Shown: positions 1 to 10,880 of the stretch, piece after piece
How the letters are laid out: every line of letters starts with the position of its first letter
Position numbering within the stretch: the stretch's first letter is position 1
NCBI GenBank assembly: GCA_963845145.1
Contig: CAWJQU010000008.1
Span: forward strand, 512,001 to 576,000
Origin: an uncultured delta proteobacterium
Lineage (GTDB): Bacteria; Desulfobacterota; Desulfobacteria; Desulfobacterales; QNYZ01
Direction of reading: 5' to 3'
DNA: 64,000 nucleotides
The notes under the pieces: generated by a model
What the model was told of the DNA's origin: nothing
Databases searched by the model: none
What the model saw: only the letters and a program-made list of their open reading frames with translations
Made by a program: the position numbers and the translations under genes

Positions 1-1118
1 AACGCTTTTTCAATAGTAACCTTGCCATGCCCGCCTCGCTTCCAGCATCGGAACACACGATTGCCAAGCCGGTATTGGCCCGGACAGAAAAAGACGGTAT
101 TTGAATCGACCACCCCTTCCTCCAGCCCGGCCATGGCTGTGACAATTTTGTAAGTGGAGCCGGGTGGATACTCACCCTGGATGGCCTTGTGCGTCAAGGG
201 GTGAAATGGGTCGGACACCAGGGATTTCCAGTATTTGTGCGTCAGGCCCCGGACAAAGGCATTTTGATCAAACGCAGGACTACTGACCAGCGCCAATATT
301 TGGCCATTATTGGGGTCCATAGCAACAACAGCCCCCGATTTATCCGCCATAAGTGCTTCGGTTCTTTGCTGTAATCGCTGATCGATGGTCAAATAGATAT
401 TCTTACCGGCTTCAGCCGGGACGGTCTCTAATATCTGGACCACCCGGCCACTTGAATTAACCTCCACCTGTCGACCGCCGGGCCGACCGCTTAAAATATG
501 TTCAAAAGACTTTTCCACGCCAAACTTACCAATATACTCCCCTTGCTTTCGACTGCCATGGGCTTCTTTTTTCAGTTCGGCCGGACTGATTTCCCCCATA
601 TACCCGATGAGATGGGCCCCACTCTCGGCGTAGATGTAATGCCGCACCGGATTGATATCGACGATAACGCCGGGTAAATCGAACCGGTTGACTTCAATCG
701 CCGCCAGCATATCGCGGCCGATATCGCGTTTTAAACCAACCGATTGATACCCTGATATTTTTTTTTTACCAAGCCTCTCAACCCAATGGGCTGCGGGTAC
801 ACCGGTATAAGCTGCCAGCTTGGCAATGGTTCGGGTAATCGGGTCGGCATCTTTGGGGATAATGGCGAGGTCAAAGGAAGGGCGGTTGTCCACCAGCATC
901 TCCCCATTCCGGTCGAAAATCAATCCTCGCGGTGCATCAATGGTTTGAAGGCGAATACAATTATTCGCCGACAGCTGCCGATATTTGGTGCCACTGATTA
1001 TTTGCAGATAGGCAAGTCGGGAGAAAAGTACGCAAAAAACCATCAGGATCGTAATCAAAACAAAGGTCAACCGCTGTTTGACCCACTCCATTTCAATGTT
1101 ATTCAGGTGTGTTGCCAT
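1..1118 (-). CDS. mrdA: Penicillin-binding protein 2 (5' part; runs off window; contains frameshifts)
   Basis: Manual minus-strand translation from ATG at 1118 gives a TM segment, then, after a frame change, LQIISGTKYRQLSANNCIRLQTIDAPRGLIFDRNGEMLVDNRPSFD, and QGEYPPGSTYK (SxxK) near 150-180. Lies directly downstream of mreD. Confidence 0.9.
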   Translation of the reverse strand, partial: MATHLNNIEMEWVKQRLTFVLITILMVFCVLFSRLAYLQIISGTKYRQLSANNCIRLQTIDAPRGLIFDRNGEMLVDNRPSFDLAIIPKDADPITRTIAKLAAYTGVPAAHWVERLGKKKISGYQSVGLKRDIGRDMLAAIEVNRFDLPGVIVDINPVRHYIYAESGAHLIGYMGEISPAELKKEAHGSRKQGEYIGKFGVEKSFEHILSGRPGGRQVEVNSSGRVVQILETVPAEAGKNIYLTIDQRLQQRTEALMADKSGAVVAMDPNNGQILALVSSPAFDQNAFVRGLTHKYWKSLVSDPFHPLTHKAIQGEYPPGSTYKIVTAMAGLEEGVVDSNTVFFCPGQYRLGNRVFRCWKRGGHGKVTIEKA

Positions 1119-1652
1119 TTACGCTAAACCGTTGTGATTTCCGGTCATCACCAGGCGATGACGCCATCGCATCGAACGTTCGTACATTTTTTTGATTAAA
1201 AGTAAAACAAACGGGCCGGTTAATAGCGCCCAAATCATCTGAAGGACAACGATATCAATGCCAATCCTAAAAATCGGCCCGAATGGCGCATCAATGGATA
1301 TGGCACCGATCAGGTGCACCAGGTTTTCAACAAAAACGCCGAAGACAACCACAACAGGCGTAATCAGTGTATTGCTCAAACGGAAAAAAGTTAAAGCCCA
1401 GCGGACAGAGACAAATACCCAGAAATAGGTGGTCAGGTACAATCCGTATGACCCACCGGTGAGGCCGTCCATGGCCAGGCCAAACAGGCCGACGATAATC
1501 AGGCCTTCCTTTAATGGACGGTAGAGCCCCAGGAATATGATTTGCACCAGGAGAAGATCGTAGAAGCCAGCAAATAACCCCACATACTGGATGAGCGTCG
1601 TCTGACAAACCATAATCACAAGCCCGATACTTAAATGAAAAAAGTAGGTCAC
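1119..1652 (-). CDS. mreD: Rod shape-determining protein MreD
   Basis: 177-aa hydrophobic protein with GLAMDGLTG motif, between mreC and mrdA. Confidence 0.85.
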   Translation of the reverse strand: MTYFFHLSIGLVIMVCQTTLIQYVGLFAGFYDLLLVQIIFLGLYRPLKEGLIIVGLFGLAMDGLTGGSYGLYLTTYFWVFVSVRWALTFFRLSNTLITPVVVVFGVFVENLVHLIGAISIDAPFGPIFRIGIDIVVLQMIWALLTGPFVLLLIKKMYERSMRWRHRLVMTGNHNGLA

Positions 1653-2485
1653 GGGTTCGTTTCCACACCATGTCTTATCGGCGGCAGCATCACGACCACT
1701 TCCTCAAGTTTCTCAAAATCCACAAAGGGCGCCACGGATACATGTTGAAATATACCCGCATGGGGCCGATCCACAGTTAACACGGTCCCGATCGACAATC
1801 CTTTGGGAAAAACACCATCAAGGCCCGAAGTGATAATAACATCCCCGACAATGACTTCGTGTTTACGCAACAAATACTCAAAGACACACTGGTCTTCTGT
1901 CCCCCCCTTGATAACGCCCCGGGCCCGGGAGCGTTGAATCATGGCGTCGACCGCACTGTTTTGATCGATGAGTAAAAGTACCTTGGCGTATTTTTTTGAT
2001 GTTTCAATGACCTGGCCCACAATGCCTTCGGCCATCACCACGGGATACCCTTGGTCAATACCATCAGCACTGCCTTTGTTGATCACGATCGTTTTGAACC
2101 ATGGCGATGGATCCTTGCCGATAACTTCTGCTGCGACGATTTCGCTCGCATCCGTTATCTTAAAAGCGAGTAACTTGCGCAGGCGTTGATTGGCCAAAGT
2201 GAGTTCTTTGTGCTGATTGAGCTTGGTCTGAGTGGCCGCTAAAGCTTGTTTTAGCTGTACATTTTCCTGAGCCGCCGTAACCAGGTAGAAATACTGTTGC
2301 CAGATACGCTGATTGAACTGAATCCATCGCGTAACCACCTTCTGAAAAGGTGCCACCACGGACAGGGCGATTCGATAGGGTAAAAATGAAGAAGTACGGT
2401 GACGATCGGCAACGGTCAAGACAATGGTGTTGGCCGCAATGAACACAAGCACACCTAAAATCGCCACCGTTTTCCTAGAGAACAT
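1649..2485 (-). CDS. mreC: Rod shape-determining protein MreC
   Basis: N-terminal TM, coiled coil, INKGSADG, GIVGQV, TSGLDGVFPKG. Confidence 0.95.
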   Translation of the reverse strand: MFSRKTVAILGVLVFIAANTIVLTVADRHRTSSFLPYRIALSVVAPFQKVVTRWIQFNQRIWQQYFYLVTAAQENVQLKQALAATQTKLNQHKELTLANQRLRKLLAFKITDASEIVAAEVIGKDPSPWFKTIVINKGSADGIDQGYPVVMAEGIVGQVIETSKKYAKVLLLIDQNSAVDAMIQRSRARGVIKGGTEDQCVFEYLLRKHEVIVGDVIITSGLDGVFPKGLSIGTVLTVDRPHAGIFQHVSVAPFVDFEKLEEVVVMLPPIRHGVETNP

Positions 2486-2488
2486 ATC

Positions 2489-3559
<1,071 letters not shown>

Positions 3560-3661
3560 TTATGACACCCATTTCCATCCCGATAGAACCAAAATATCCC
3601 AATTCTGACGTGTAAAATAATCAAGTATCAAAAGCGTATTATAAGGACAAGCAAAATCTTG

Positions 3662-4744
3662 CTAATGTGTTTGGCTCTGTAATTCCGTCATAACCGCATC
3701 ATGTATCCGGGGCCGAAACGCGCGAATTCGATTATTTTGGCGGCTGGGATGGATTCGATTGGTGCAAAGGATAACAATAATCTCCTGTTCTAAATCCATC
3801 CAAAAGGAAGTTCCGGTGAATCCCAGATGCCCGATCGTTTTTTTTGAAAAGTATTTTCCGCAGGCGGGGCTTGGGCCGGAGGGGACATCAAACCCCAGGG
3901 GTCGAAGACCCTTTTCTCCGGGAGACATAAACCGTCGCATCGATTGGTGTGCCAACACGCCCTCTTCTCGCTGATGAAAAGCATTGAGAAGAAATTGCAA
4001 CAATGAATAAACCGCATCGACCGCCCCGAACAGCCCGGCGTGGCCCTGTAACCCGGCCGTGGCAAAAGCGTTGTCATCGTGAACGCGCCCATTTAATAGA
4101 ATTCCCCGCCAGGGGCAAAGCTCCGTCGCGGCACAGGGCGTATCCGGCGGCATCGGTGCCAGTGAGGGAAAATAAAAGGAGGTGGACAACCCCAAGGGCT
4201 GATAAATCGCTTGCGAAACGTAGCGGCCCATTGGCAACCGGGTTACCTTTTCGATTATCCAGGCCAGGATCATAAACCCAAGATCGCTGTAAGCGGTCAC
4301 TTTGCCGGGTGCGTGGCATAGCGGTTCGTTTAAGAGAAGTTGTTTTAATATTGCCGGGCGTAGCCTCGGGTCATATTTTACGAGTGTTCGAAAGTAGGGA
4401 CGCCAGGCAGGGAGACCGCTCCGATGGGTTAACAGATCCCGAATGCAAAGCCCCCCTTTTTCCGTATGGGTAAAGCGGGGAATGATGGACTTCAGCGGTT
4501 GGTCAAGATCAAGCCGGCCCGCTTGTATCAGTTCCATCAGGGCCAGCGTGGTGGCCAAAGGCTTGGTTAAAGACGCCAGGTCAAACACCGTTTGCAAGCG
4601 CATGGGGGTCCGGTTGAACCGGTTGGCCCAGCCATAAGCCTCAAAATGAACCATCTTTTTTTTTCGAGCCACGAGGAGCACCGCACCCGGAAAGCAATCG
4701 GTGTCAAGGGCTTGCGCCATTAGCTTGTGGGTACGGTTTAGCAT
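3662..4744 (-). CDS. Serine hydrolase, beta-lactamase (AmpC-like) family
   Basis: FDLASLTK (SxxK), LLTHRSGL, YSDLG, GHLGFTG motifs. Confidence 0.9.
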   Translation of the reverse strand: MLNRTHKLMAQALDTDCFPGAVLLVARKKKMVHFEAYGWANRFNRTPMRLQTVFDLASLTKPLATTLALMELIQAGRLDLDQPLKSIIPRFTHTEKGGLCIRDLLTHRSGLPAWRPYFRTLVKYDPRLRPAILKQLLLNEPLCHAPGKVTAYSDLGFMILAWIIEKVTRLPMGRYVSQAIYQPLGLSTSFYFPSLAPMPPDTPCAATELCPWRGILLNGRVHDDNAFATAGLQGHAGLFGAVDAVYSLLQFLLNAFHQREEGVLAHQSMRRFMSPGEKGLRPLGFDVPSGPSPACGKYFSKKTIGHLGFTGTSFWMDLEQEIIVILCTNRIHPSRQNNRIRAFRPRIHDAVMTELQSQTH

Positions 4745-5664
4745 CGTAACAATGGAGAAACCGCCGCTTCTTGGTACGAAAGGCGACCGGTATCCGTGGA
4801 TAATCGGGCCGTAAGCCCGATGGGAAGCGTCAGATTGGTTTGTTCATGGCCGATGTCAAACCCACCCATGATGGGAATATCCCGATCCTTAAAACAATCC
4901 GCAACAATCTTCGCTATGTCCGATGACGCCCCACAATCGGTAAAACACCCCAACATAAGCCCGGCAATTCCGTCCAGGCATCCGGAAAGCCGCATCTGGG
5001 TTAACATGCGGTCAATTCGATAGGGCGTTTCACCACAGTCTTCAATAAAAAGGATGTGCCCGTCATAGTCCGGCATAAAAGGCGTTCCCATCAGATGCGA
5101 CAAGAGGGTCAGATTCCCCCCGATGACAGGCCCCACACTTTCGCCCGGATGGACGACAAATCCATTGGTTGGCGCAATCTCCATCTCTTTATCGCCAGTA
5201 ATTACTTTAGTCAGGGAGGCCAGGGTGAACGTCGATCCTTCCCCCAGCGACGTAATGACCGGCCCATGATAGGTGACCAGGGCACACCGTTGGTAGAGCG
5301 TTAGTAAAAGGGCCGTAATGTCGCTGAAACCGATAAATATTTTTGGATTTTGACCAATGGCCGCGTAATCAAGCAACGGCAAAATTCGCATCGCCCCATA
5401 TCCCCCCCTGGCACACCAAACCGCATCAATGGAAGGATCGGTAAAAAAGCGCATGAATATTTCAGTGCGATGGGTATCGCTCCCGGCCAGGTAGCCATTA
5501 CGCGTTGCCAGCCCGGCAGGAATGACCGGTTCATAACCTTGACGTTCCAATACCTTGATTCCCTTTTCAAATCGCTCAGGATCGAAGGGCCCCGCCGGAG
5601 CAACAATGCCTATCCGGCTTCCGGGATGCAAGGCTTTGGGTCGTTTTAGGTTTATGCGGGACAT
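4738..5664 (-). CDS. ldcA: LD-carboxypeptidase (peptidase S66)
   Basis: ARGGYG, GFSDITAL, GGNL, IED, DIGH motifs. ATG at 5664 preferred to the ORF-track TTG at 5718. Confidence 0.9.
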   Translation of the reverse strand: MSRINLKRPKALHPGSRIGIVAPAGPFDPERFEKGIKVLERQGYEPVIPAGLATRNGYLAGSDTHRTEIFMRFFTDPSIDAVWCARGGYGAMRILPLLDYAAIGQNPKIFIGFSDITALLLTLYQRCALVTYHGPVITSLGEGSTFTLASLTKVITGDKEMEIAPTNGFVVHPGESVGPVIGGNLTLLSHLMGTPFMPDYDGHILFIEDCGETPYRIDRMLTQMRLSGCLDGIAGLMLGCFTDCGASSDIAKIVADCFKDRDIPIMGGFDIGHEQTNLTLPIGLTARLSTDTGRLSYQEAAVSPLLRC

Positions 5665-5769
5665 GATGATTCTAAAAGACGGTAACGCCGTGAACCGGCT
5701 ATTATTTTCGATCCCCAACTGAATTTTAACTTTGCCATTTTTTTATTCCCGTATTTGAATGTACGTTAC

Positions 5770-5798
5770 TTGACACGATTAAAACGAAATGATAGCAA
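5770..5798 (+). promoter_or_regulatory. Putative sigma70 promoter of the tRNA-Pro/tRNA-Arg pair
   Basis: Perfect TTGACA at 5770-5775, 17-nt spacer, TG-n-TAGCAA as weak extended -10, just upstream of tRNA-Pro. Confidence 0.5.
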
Positions 5799-5814
5799 CG
5801 AGATCCTAATCGGT

Positions 5815-5891
<77 letters not shown>

Positions 5892-5974
5892 GTTACAATA
5901 TCTGATGGCCTTCACCTCGTTCCGGCGACTAACGCCATGCACGCGTATTCCGGCTTTTTCTCAAGATCATCGAC

Positions 5975-6049
5975 GCCCCCGTAGCTCAGTGGATAGAGCA
6001 TTGGATTCCTAATCCATGTGCGCAAGTTCGATTCTTGCCGGGGGCACCA
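5975..6049 (+). tRNA. tRNA-Arg(CCT)
   Basis: GCCCCCG/CGGGGGC acceptor stem, anticodon loop TTCCTAA, GTTCGATTC, encoded CCA. Confidence 0.97.
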
Positions 6050-6177
6050 TCTTATTTAATGCTCCATCTATTCCCCGAGAGAAACCATTACATTTAAAGC
6101 GCTATATACCTGCCCCTGTCCGATAATAACAATCAGGATTAAATGTTAATAAAAGTGGTCGCCGTAGGTTACATCGA

Positions 6178-6801
6178 TCATATTTTTTTTAATCTGCCTA
6201 ACGATCCAATAAGGGGTTCTTCGTAAAAAAGCTTGGTGTCTATTGCCTCCCGATATATGCGGTAGGGAGCCTGACCGCCTTGGGAAGGATCCGGATAGAT
6301 ATCATGAATTAATAGATACCCGCCGGACAAGATATGGGTGTGCCACCCATCAAAATCGGTTTTGACAGCCTGATAGGAATGACCGCCATCGATGAAAACA
6401 AGGCCAAGAGGTGTTTTCCAAGTCCTCGAAGCCACTTTCGAGGGGCAAACCAGGGGGACCACTGTATTTTCCAAACCGGCGGTTGCTAATGTTCGTCTGA
6501 AACTCGGGAAGGTATCAATGCAAAAGGCGCCACTGTCAAACAGGGTCGGATCGAAATATTGCTCGCCGGGTTGCTGTTCTTCAGAACCGCGATGATGGTC
6601 GACCGAAAAAAGTACATTGCCGGTTTCCCGGCAAGCCGTTCCCAGGTAGAGGGCCGATTTACCACAATAGCTACCCACCTCAAGGCAGGGTCCCAAGCGG
6701 GAGGCCGCCAGCGCACAACGATAAAGGGCCTGCCCCTCAGCTTCGTCAAGAAATCCCTTGATATCGCCAAAAGCTGGGTCATCGCCTTGAATGGCCATCA
6801 T
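6178..6801 (-). CDS. Class I SAM-dependent methyltransferase (Methyltransf_24-like)
   Basis: LEVGSYCGKS, FIDGGHSY, IHD motifs; overlaps the ftsK stop. Confidence 0.85.
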   Translation of the reverse strand: MMAIQGDDPAFGDIKGFLDEAEGQALYRCALAASRLGPCLEVGSYCGKSALYLGTACRETGNVLFSVDHHRGSEEQQPGEQYFDPTLFDSGAFCIDTFPSFRRTLATAGLENTVVPLVCPSKVASRTWKTPLGLVFIDGGHSYQAVKTDFDGWHTHILSGGYLLIHDIYPDPSQGGQAPYRIYREAIDTKLFYEEPLIGSLGRLKKI

Positions 6802-8954
6802 GGTATGTCGTCGTAACCGCGCACCAAGACCTCTCTTGGTTTGGATCCGTCTGCGGGCCCCACGACACCCTCTTTTTCCATCATTTCAATGATTCGTGCC
6901 GCGCGATTGTATCCGATCCGCAAATGCCGCTGGACCTTGGATATCGATGCCTGGCGCGTTTGCGTCACCAGTGCAACGGCATCGTCATACCGTTCATCCT
7001 GATCTTCCGGGGCCTCTTCATCCACCTTAGCCGGTTGCGCCTGGGTTACTTCACGGTTAAAATCGGGTTTTTGCTGTTCCTTAAGAAATGAGGTAATTCG
7101 TGCCACCTCGGCTTCGGAGATATACGCCCCATGGACGCGTTGAAGCCTGGCGACGCCCGGCGGCAAAAACAGCATGTCTCCGTTGCCGAGCAAACTCTCA
7201 GCGCCATTGCCGTCAATAATCGTGCGTGAATCGGTCCGTGACGATACCTGAAAGGAGAGCCGCGTGGGAAAGTTGGCCTTGATAATACCGGTGAGCACAT
7301 CAACCGACGGTCGCTGGGTGGCGAGTATCAGGTGGATTCCCGCCGCCCGAGCCATTTGAGCAATCCGCATCAGGGATGTCTCCACATCCCGGGTAGCCAC
7401 CATCATGAGGTCGGCCAGTTCGTCGATAATAATGACGATATAGGGCAGTTTTTTAGGGGTGTCATCCTCACCCGATTCTTTTGTCTCCTGATTCTCGGCT
7501 TTCGCCATTTTATTGTTGTACTGAACTATGTTACGCACATTTTGCTCAGACAAAAGCTGGTAACGATTTTCCATCTCTTTGACGGCCCAGAAGAGGGCAT
7601 TGGTCGCCTTTTTGGCATCCGTTACGACCGGGGTGATTAAATGGGGGATTTGATTATAGGGCGACAGTTCGATCCGCTTGGGATCGATAAGAATCAATTT
7701 AACCTCATCCGGGGTCGACTTATACAACAGGCTGCACAGCATGGCGTTTAGCCCAACGCTTTTCCCGGTCCCGGTGGCCCCGGCAATAAGCAAATGGGGC
7801 ATTTTATCCAGTTGGGTCACCACCGGATCACCGACAATATCTTTTCCCAAACAGAGCGTCAGCTTAGATTTTGAGTTTCGAAACGCATCGGAATCAACAA
7901 TATCCTTAAACTGGACCACATCGCGTTCGGAATTGGCGACTTCGATTCCAATGGCCGCTTTTCCCGGTATCGGCCCCACAATCCGAACACTCACCGCCCG
8001 CAGGGCAAGCGACAGGTCATCAGCCAGGTTCATCACCTTGGTAATTTTGACGCCCGGGGCCGGTTTGTATTCGAATGTGGTAATGACCGGACCGGGTAGA
8101 ACGGTGGTCACCCGGCCGTTAACATTAAAATCAGCTAGTTTTTTCTCAAGCAGCCCAGATTTTACCCGCAGATTTTCCTCATCTGCCGGGGTTTGCACGA
8201 TAGAAGAGTCTTCGAGAAAATTGACGGAAGGCAATTGGTAGCCCTCCCCCTGTTTCATAAATTCAAACACTTGTTGGGTGGGTACCGATGGTTTTTTAGG
8301 CGGTGGCGGTTTGGGGGGCGCAATCCGCACTTTCCGTGGCGGCGCCTGGCGCTTGGCTTTCTGCTTTACTGCTTTGGAACGCTTCCTGGCTTTTTTTCGT
8401 CGCTCCACCCACTTGATTAAACGATCCTGACCGCTGACAGAGGATCGCCACATGTATTGTGTAAAGGCAATCAGGGATAGCCGCGTCATCATGATCAACC
8501 CGATGATCCACAGCACCAGCAGAACAATAAGGGCACCGGCAAAATTGGAATATTTGAGTAATATTATTTTTAGCGGAATCCCGACGATACCACCCGATGA
8601 AAATTGGCTGGAAAAAAGCGGCAGGGTATTGCCTTTAAGGGCCAGCAAAGCCCCTGTGGCGATCATCAGAATCATACCCCCGGTCACGGTTATCAGGATG
8701 TTTTTTCCGGTTCGCCCACTTAAAAAATGAATGCTGGTCAACAAGAGTAAAACAGGAATCCAAAAGGCGCCCAGACCAAACAGGCCGACGAGAAAGCCGG
8801 CCAGATGTGCGCCTATCAGTCCGAACAGATTATGAATCGGTTTGGCCGTACCGACATGATGAAAAGAGGGATCCAAAGGACTATATGAGACCAGGCTCAC
8901 GAGGGTAAAGATGAGCAGGAGAAAAAATAATATGCCGAAAATTTCTTTACGCAT
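6798..8954 (-). CDS. ftsK: DNA translocase FtsK
   Basis: 4TM N-terminus, GATGTGKS Walker A, IIIDELADLM, ATQRPS, gamma domain LRIGYNRAARII. Confidence 0.97.
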   Translation of the reverse strand: MRKEIFGILFFLLLIFTLVSLVSYSPLDPSFHHVGTAKPIHNLFGLIGAHLAGFLVGLFGLGAFWIPVLLLLTSIHFLSGRTGKNILITVTGGMILMIATGALLALKGNTLPLFSSQFSSGGIVGIPLKIILLKYSNFAGALIVLLVLWIIGLIMMTRLSLIAFTQYMWRSSVSGQDRLIKWVERRKKARKRSKAVKQKAKRQAPPRKVRIAPPKPPPPKKPSVPTQQVFEFMKQGEGYQLPSVNFLEDSSIVQTPADEENLRVKSGLLEKKLADFNVNGRVTTVLPGPVITTFEYKPAPGVKITKVMNLADDLSLALRAVSVRIVGPIPGKAAIGIEVANSERDVVQFKDIVDSDAFRNSKSKLTLCLGKDIVGDPVVTQLDKMPHLLIAGATGTGKSVGLNAMLCSLLYKSTPDEVKLILIDPKRIELSPYNQIPHLITPVVTDAKKATNALFWAVKEMENRYQLLSEQNVRNIVQYNNKMAKAENQETKESGEDDTPKKLPYIVIIIDELADLMMVATRDVETSLMRIAQMARAAGIHLILATQRPSVDVLTGIIKANFPTRLSFQVSSRTDSRTIIDGNGAESLLGNGDMLFLPPGVARLQRVHGAYISEAEVARITSFLKEQQKPDFNREVTQAQPAKVDEEAPEDQDERYDDAVALVTQTRQASISKVQRHLRIGYNRAARIIEMMEKEGVVGPADGSKPREVLVRGYDDIP

Positions 8955-9052
8955 TACATCGCCGAGTTAAAAAATAGAGCAGCGCCGGTAGGATGAACCG
9001 CCGAACGTTTTTCCTGAATCGTAGCACCTGAATCGAACCAACTGGCCCCTGA

Positions 9053-9760
9053 TCATCTCTCATTCGAAAGCTCTTTTTGAAACGTGTGGTAAACGATTTT
9101 CAATAAATCGTCTTTATTCTTTCGCGTATATTTCGATGAGTCGACGGGCATCTTGATATCCACCGTCACGGGCCTCGGTATAATTCGAAAAGTATGTTTT
9201 GGCATAATCGCTCCCGTGCCGTGAATAACCATCGGCACAATGGAAACCCCCGAATCAACCGCCAGAACGAACCCCCCTTTTTTGAAGGGTAAAATGCGAC
9301 CATCCGGGCTTCGCGTCCCTTCGGGAAAGATGAGCACCGAAACCCCCGACCTGATCTTTTCAGCTGCGATCTGAAGACTCTTAAAAGCCGCCTTACGATC
9401 AGACCGGTCGATGCTGATATACCCGACACGCCGCATGGCATACCCGAACAGGGGGATTCGAAACAACTCCGCCTTGGCTAACCATCGAAATTGATGGGGC
9501 AAATACCCCAGAACCACAGGTATATCGAACATACTTTGATGATTCACCATAAAAATGTAAGAGCGATCGGCATCAATGTTCGATAAACCCGATACCGTCA
9601 CCTTTACACGGCTGACCCATAAAATGGATCTGCCCCAGAAACCCGCAATGCGATGGCTTAAGTCACCATTCCGTGAAAAAAAAGAAGCCATAATCGTGGC
9701 AAGGCTAAAAACCACTGTGGCCAAAACAGTCCAAATTATCACGGTTACGGTTCGAATCAT
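9053..9760 (-). CDS. plsC: 1-acyl-sn-glycerol-3-phosphate acyltransferase
   Basis: NHQSMFD, FPEGTRS, PFKKG motifs; ATG at 9760 more plausible than 9865. Confidence 0.9.
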   Translation of the reverse strand: MIRTVTVIIWTVLATVVFSLATIMASFFSRNGDLSHRIAGFWGRSILWVSRVKVTVSGLSNIDADRSYIFMVNHQSMFDIPVVLGYLPHQFRWLAKAELFRIPLFGYAMRRVGYISIDRSDRKAAFKSLQIAAEKIRSGVSVLIFPEGTRSPDGRILPFKKGGFVLAVDSGVSIVPMVIHGTGAIMPKHTFRIIPRPVTVDIKMPVDSSKYTRKNKDDLLKIVYHTFQKELSNER

Positions 9761-9777
9761 GGCATCGAAAGCGTCTT

Positions 9778-10110
9778 TTAGGTTAAAATGGCAAGTTTTT
9801 TTAAGATGGCCTCCATCTGATCGATGGCCCATTCGCGTTGGCGCTGATCGGCATAGGCGATACAATCACAACCAAGTCGATGGCTCGAGCGAACCAATAT
9901 TTCACAACACAAGGACGTTTTAGTCAACTCGACGGCAAAATAATAGGGGTGACACTCGGTATGTTCTTTTTGAATATCGTTTAACAGATCTTCGGTTAAA
10001 AATAACCAGAAAATACTGTCCACCCCAGACGGATGCAAATGATTTTTTAAAAAATCCTTTAGTTTGGACAGATCCGCCGATTGCAATTCATCGATAACAT
10101 ATTTTTTCAT
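9778..10110 (-). CDS. Conserved hypothetical protein (Cys-containing)
   Basis: Compact ORF MKKYVIDEL...CHPYYFAVEL...CDCIAYA, co-oriented with plsC. Confidence 0.7.
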   Translation of the reverse strand: MKKYVIDELQSADLSKLKDFLKNHLHPSGVDSIFWLFLTEDLLNDIQKEHTECHPYYFAVELTKTSLCCEILVRSSHRLGCDCIAYADQRQREWAIDQMEAILKKLAILT

Positions 10111-10438
10111 GGGGACAGCCACTACCACAGTTCAATGGGTGGTGCAAGCGGCGTTGGTCGATCATCAGAGGCTGAATCCCAATTGATTTTTTGGTTGAAA
10201 ATTTAGGTTCAAAAGGGGCAAAACAAGCTCATCGGTAGAGGGTTCTGTTGATAATGTAAAATAGATCGGGACACAGATCAAGGCAGGGAAACAATCATGG
10301 CATCAGCCATCCAACTTGGCTTACGGGCATGGTTTATGGGCACGGTTTACGGGGAAACCTGTTTTGTAACACGTGAGCTTCTGCAACACGTGCGCCAAAG
10401 GGCGGGGATGGAAACAACAACGGATTATTATTATGGCA

Positions 10439-10477
10439 ATTCTCCGATCTTCATTTTGGGTGAAGATCGGAGAAATG
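10439..10477 (-). terminator. Stem-loop downstream of ferredoxin (probable terminator)
   Basis: TTCTCCGATCTTCA / TGAAGATCGGAGAA perfect 14-bp inverted repeat about 10 nt past the fdx stop. Confidence 0.65.
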
Positions 10478-10485
10478 GATCGTAA

Positions 10486-10674
10486 TTAGACTTCCTCTAC
10501 AGTGATGGCTTCTTCTTCACACACTTCAACACAGCTTTCACAACCCAGGCACTCTTCTGCGTTGACAGGCTGTGATTTCTCGTCCACCATTTCGAACACT
10601 TCGACGGGACATACATCGACGCATTCTTCACAACCAACACATTTTCCCTCGTCTACGGTAACATTGAAAGACAT
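10486..10674 (-). CDS. 2x[4Fe-4S] ferredoxin
   Basis: CVGCEECVDVCP and CLGCESCVEVC; strong SD AGGAGG upstream. Confidence 0.95.
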   Translation of the reverse strand: MSFNVTVDEGKCVGCEECVDVCPVEVFEMVDEKSQPVNAEECLGCESCVEVCEEEAITVEEV

Positions 10675-10880
10675 TGTAAAATGGCCTCCTTTCGTAAGTG
10701 TTTATCGCTTCTTTATCTCAAGATATACAAAACGGCCAACCGAGACCGTCATATCCATACCGACGCTCCCATATACCAATTACTATGCCGCGTCAAGTCC
10801 TACCCGATCCTTTTCCAAATTTTAAATCCATGGGGCATAAAACTCAAATTAGGTCTATTATTTCAATGAATTATTAACAT

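Noticed and set aside
757..768. Long T homopolymer in mrdA as a phase-variation tract
   Set aside because: The gene is essential and the region has other indels, so homopolymer length is unreliable here.
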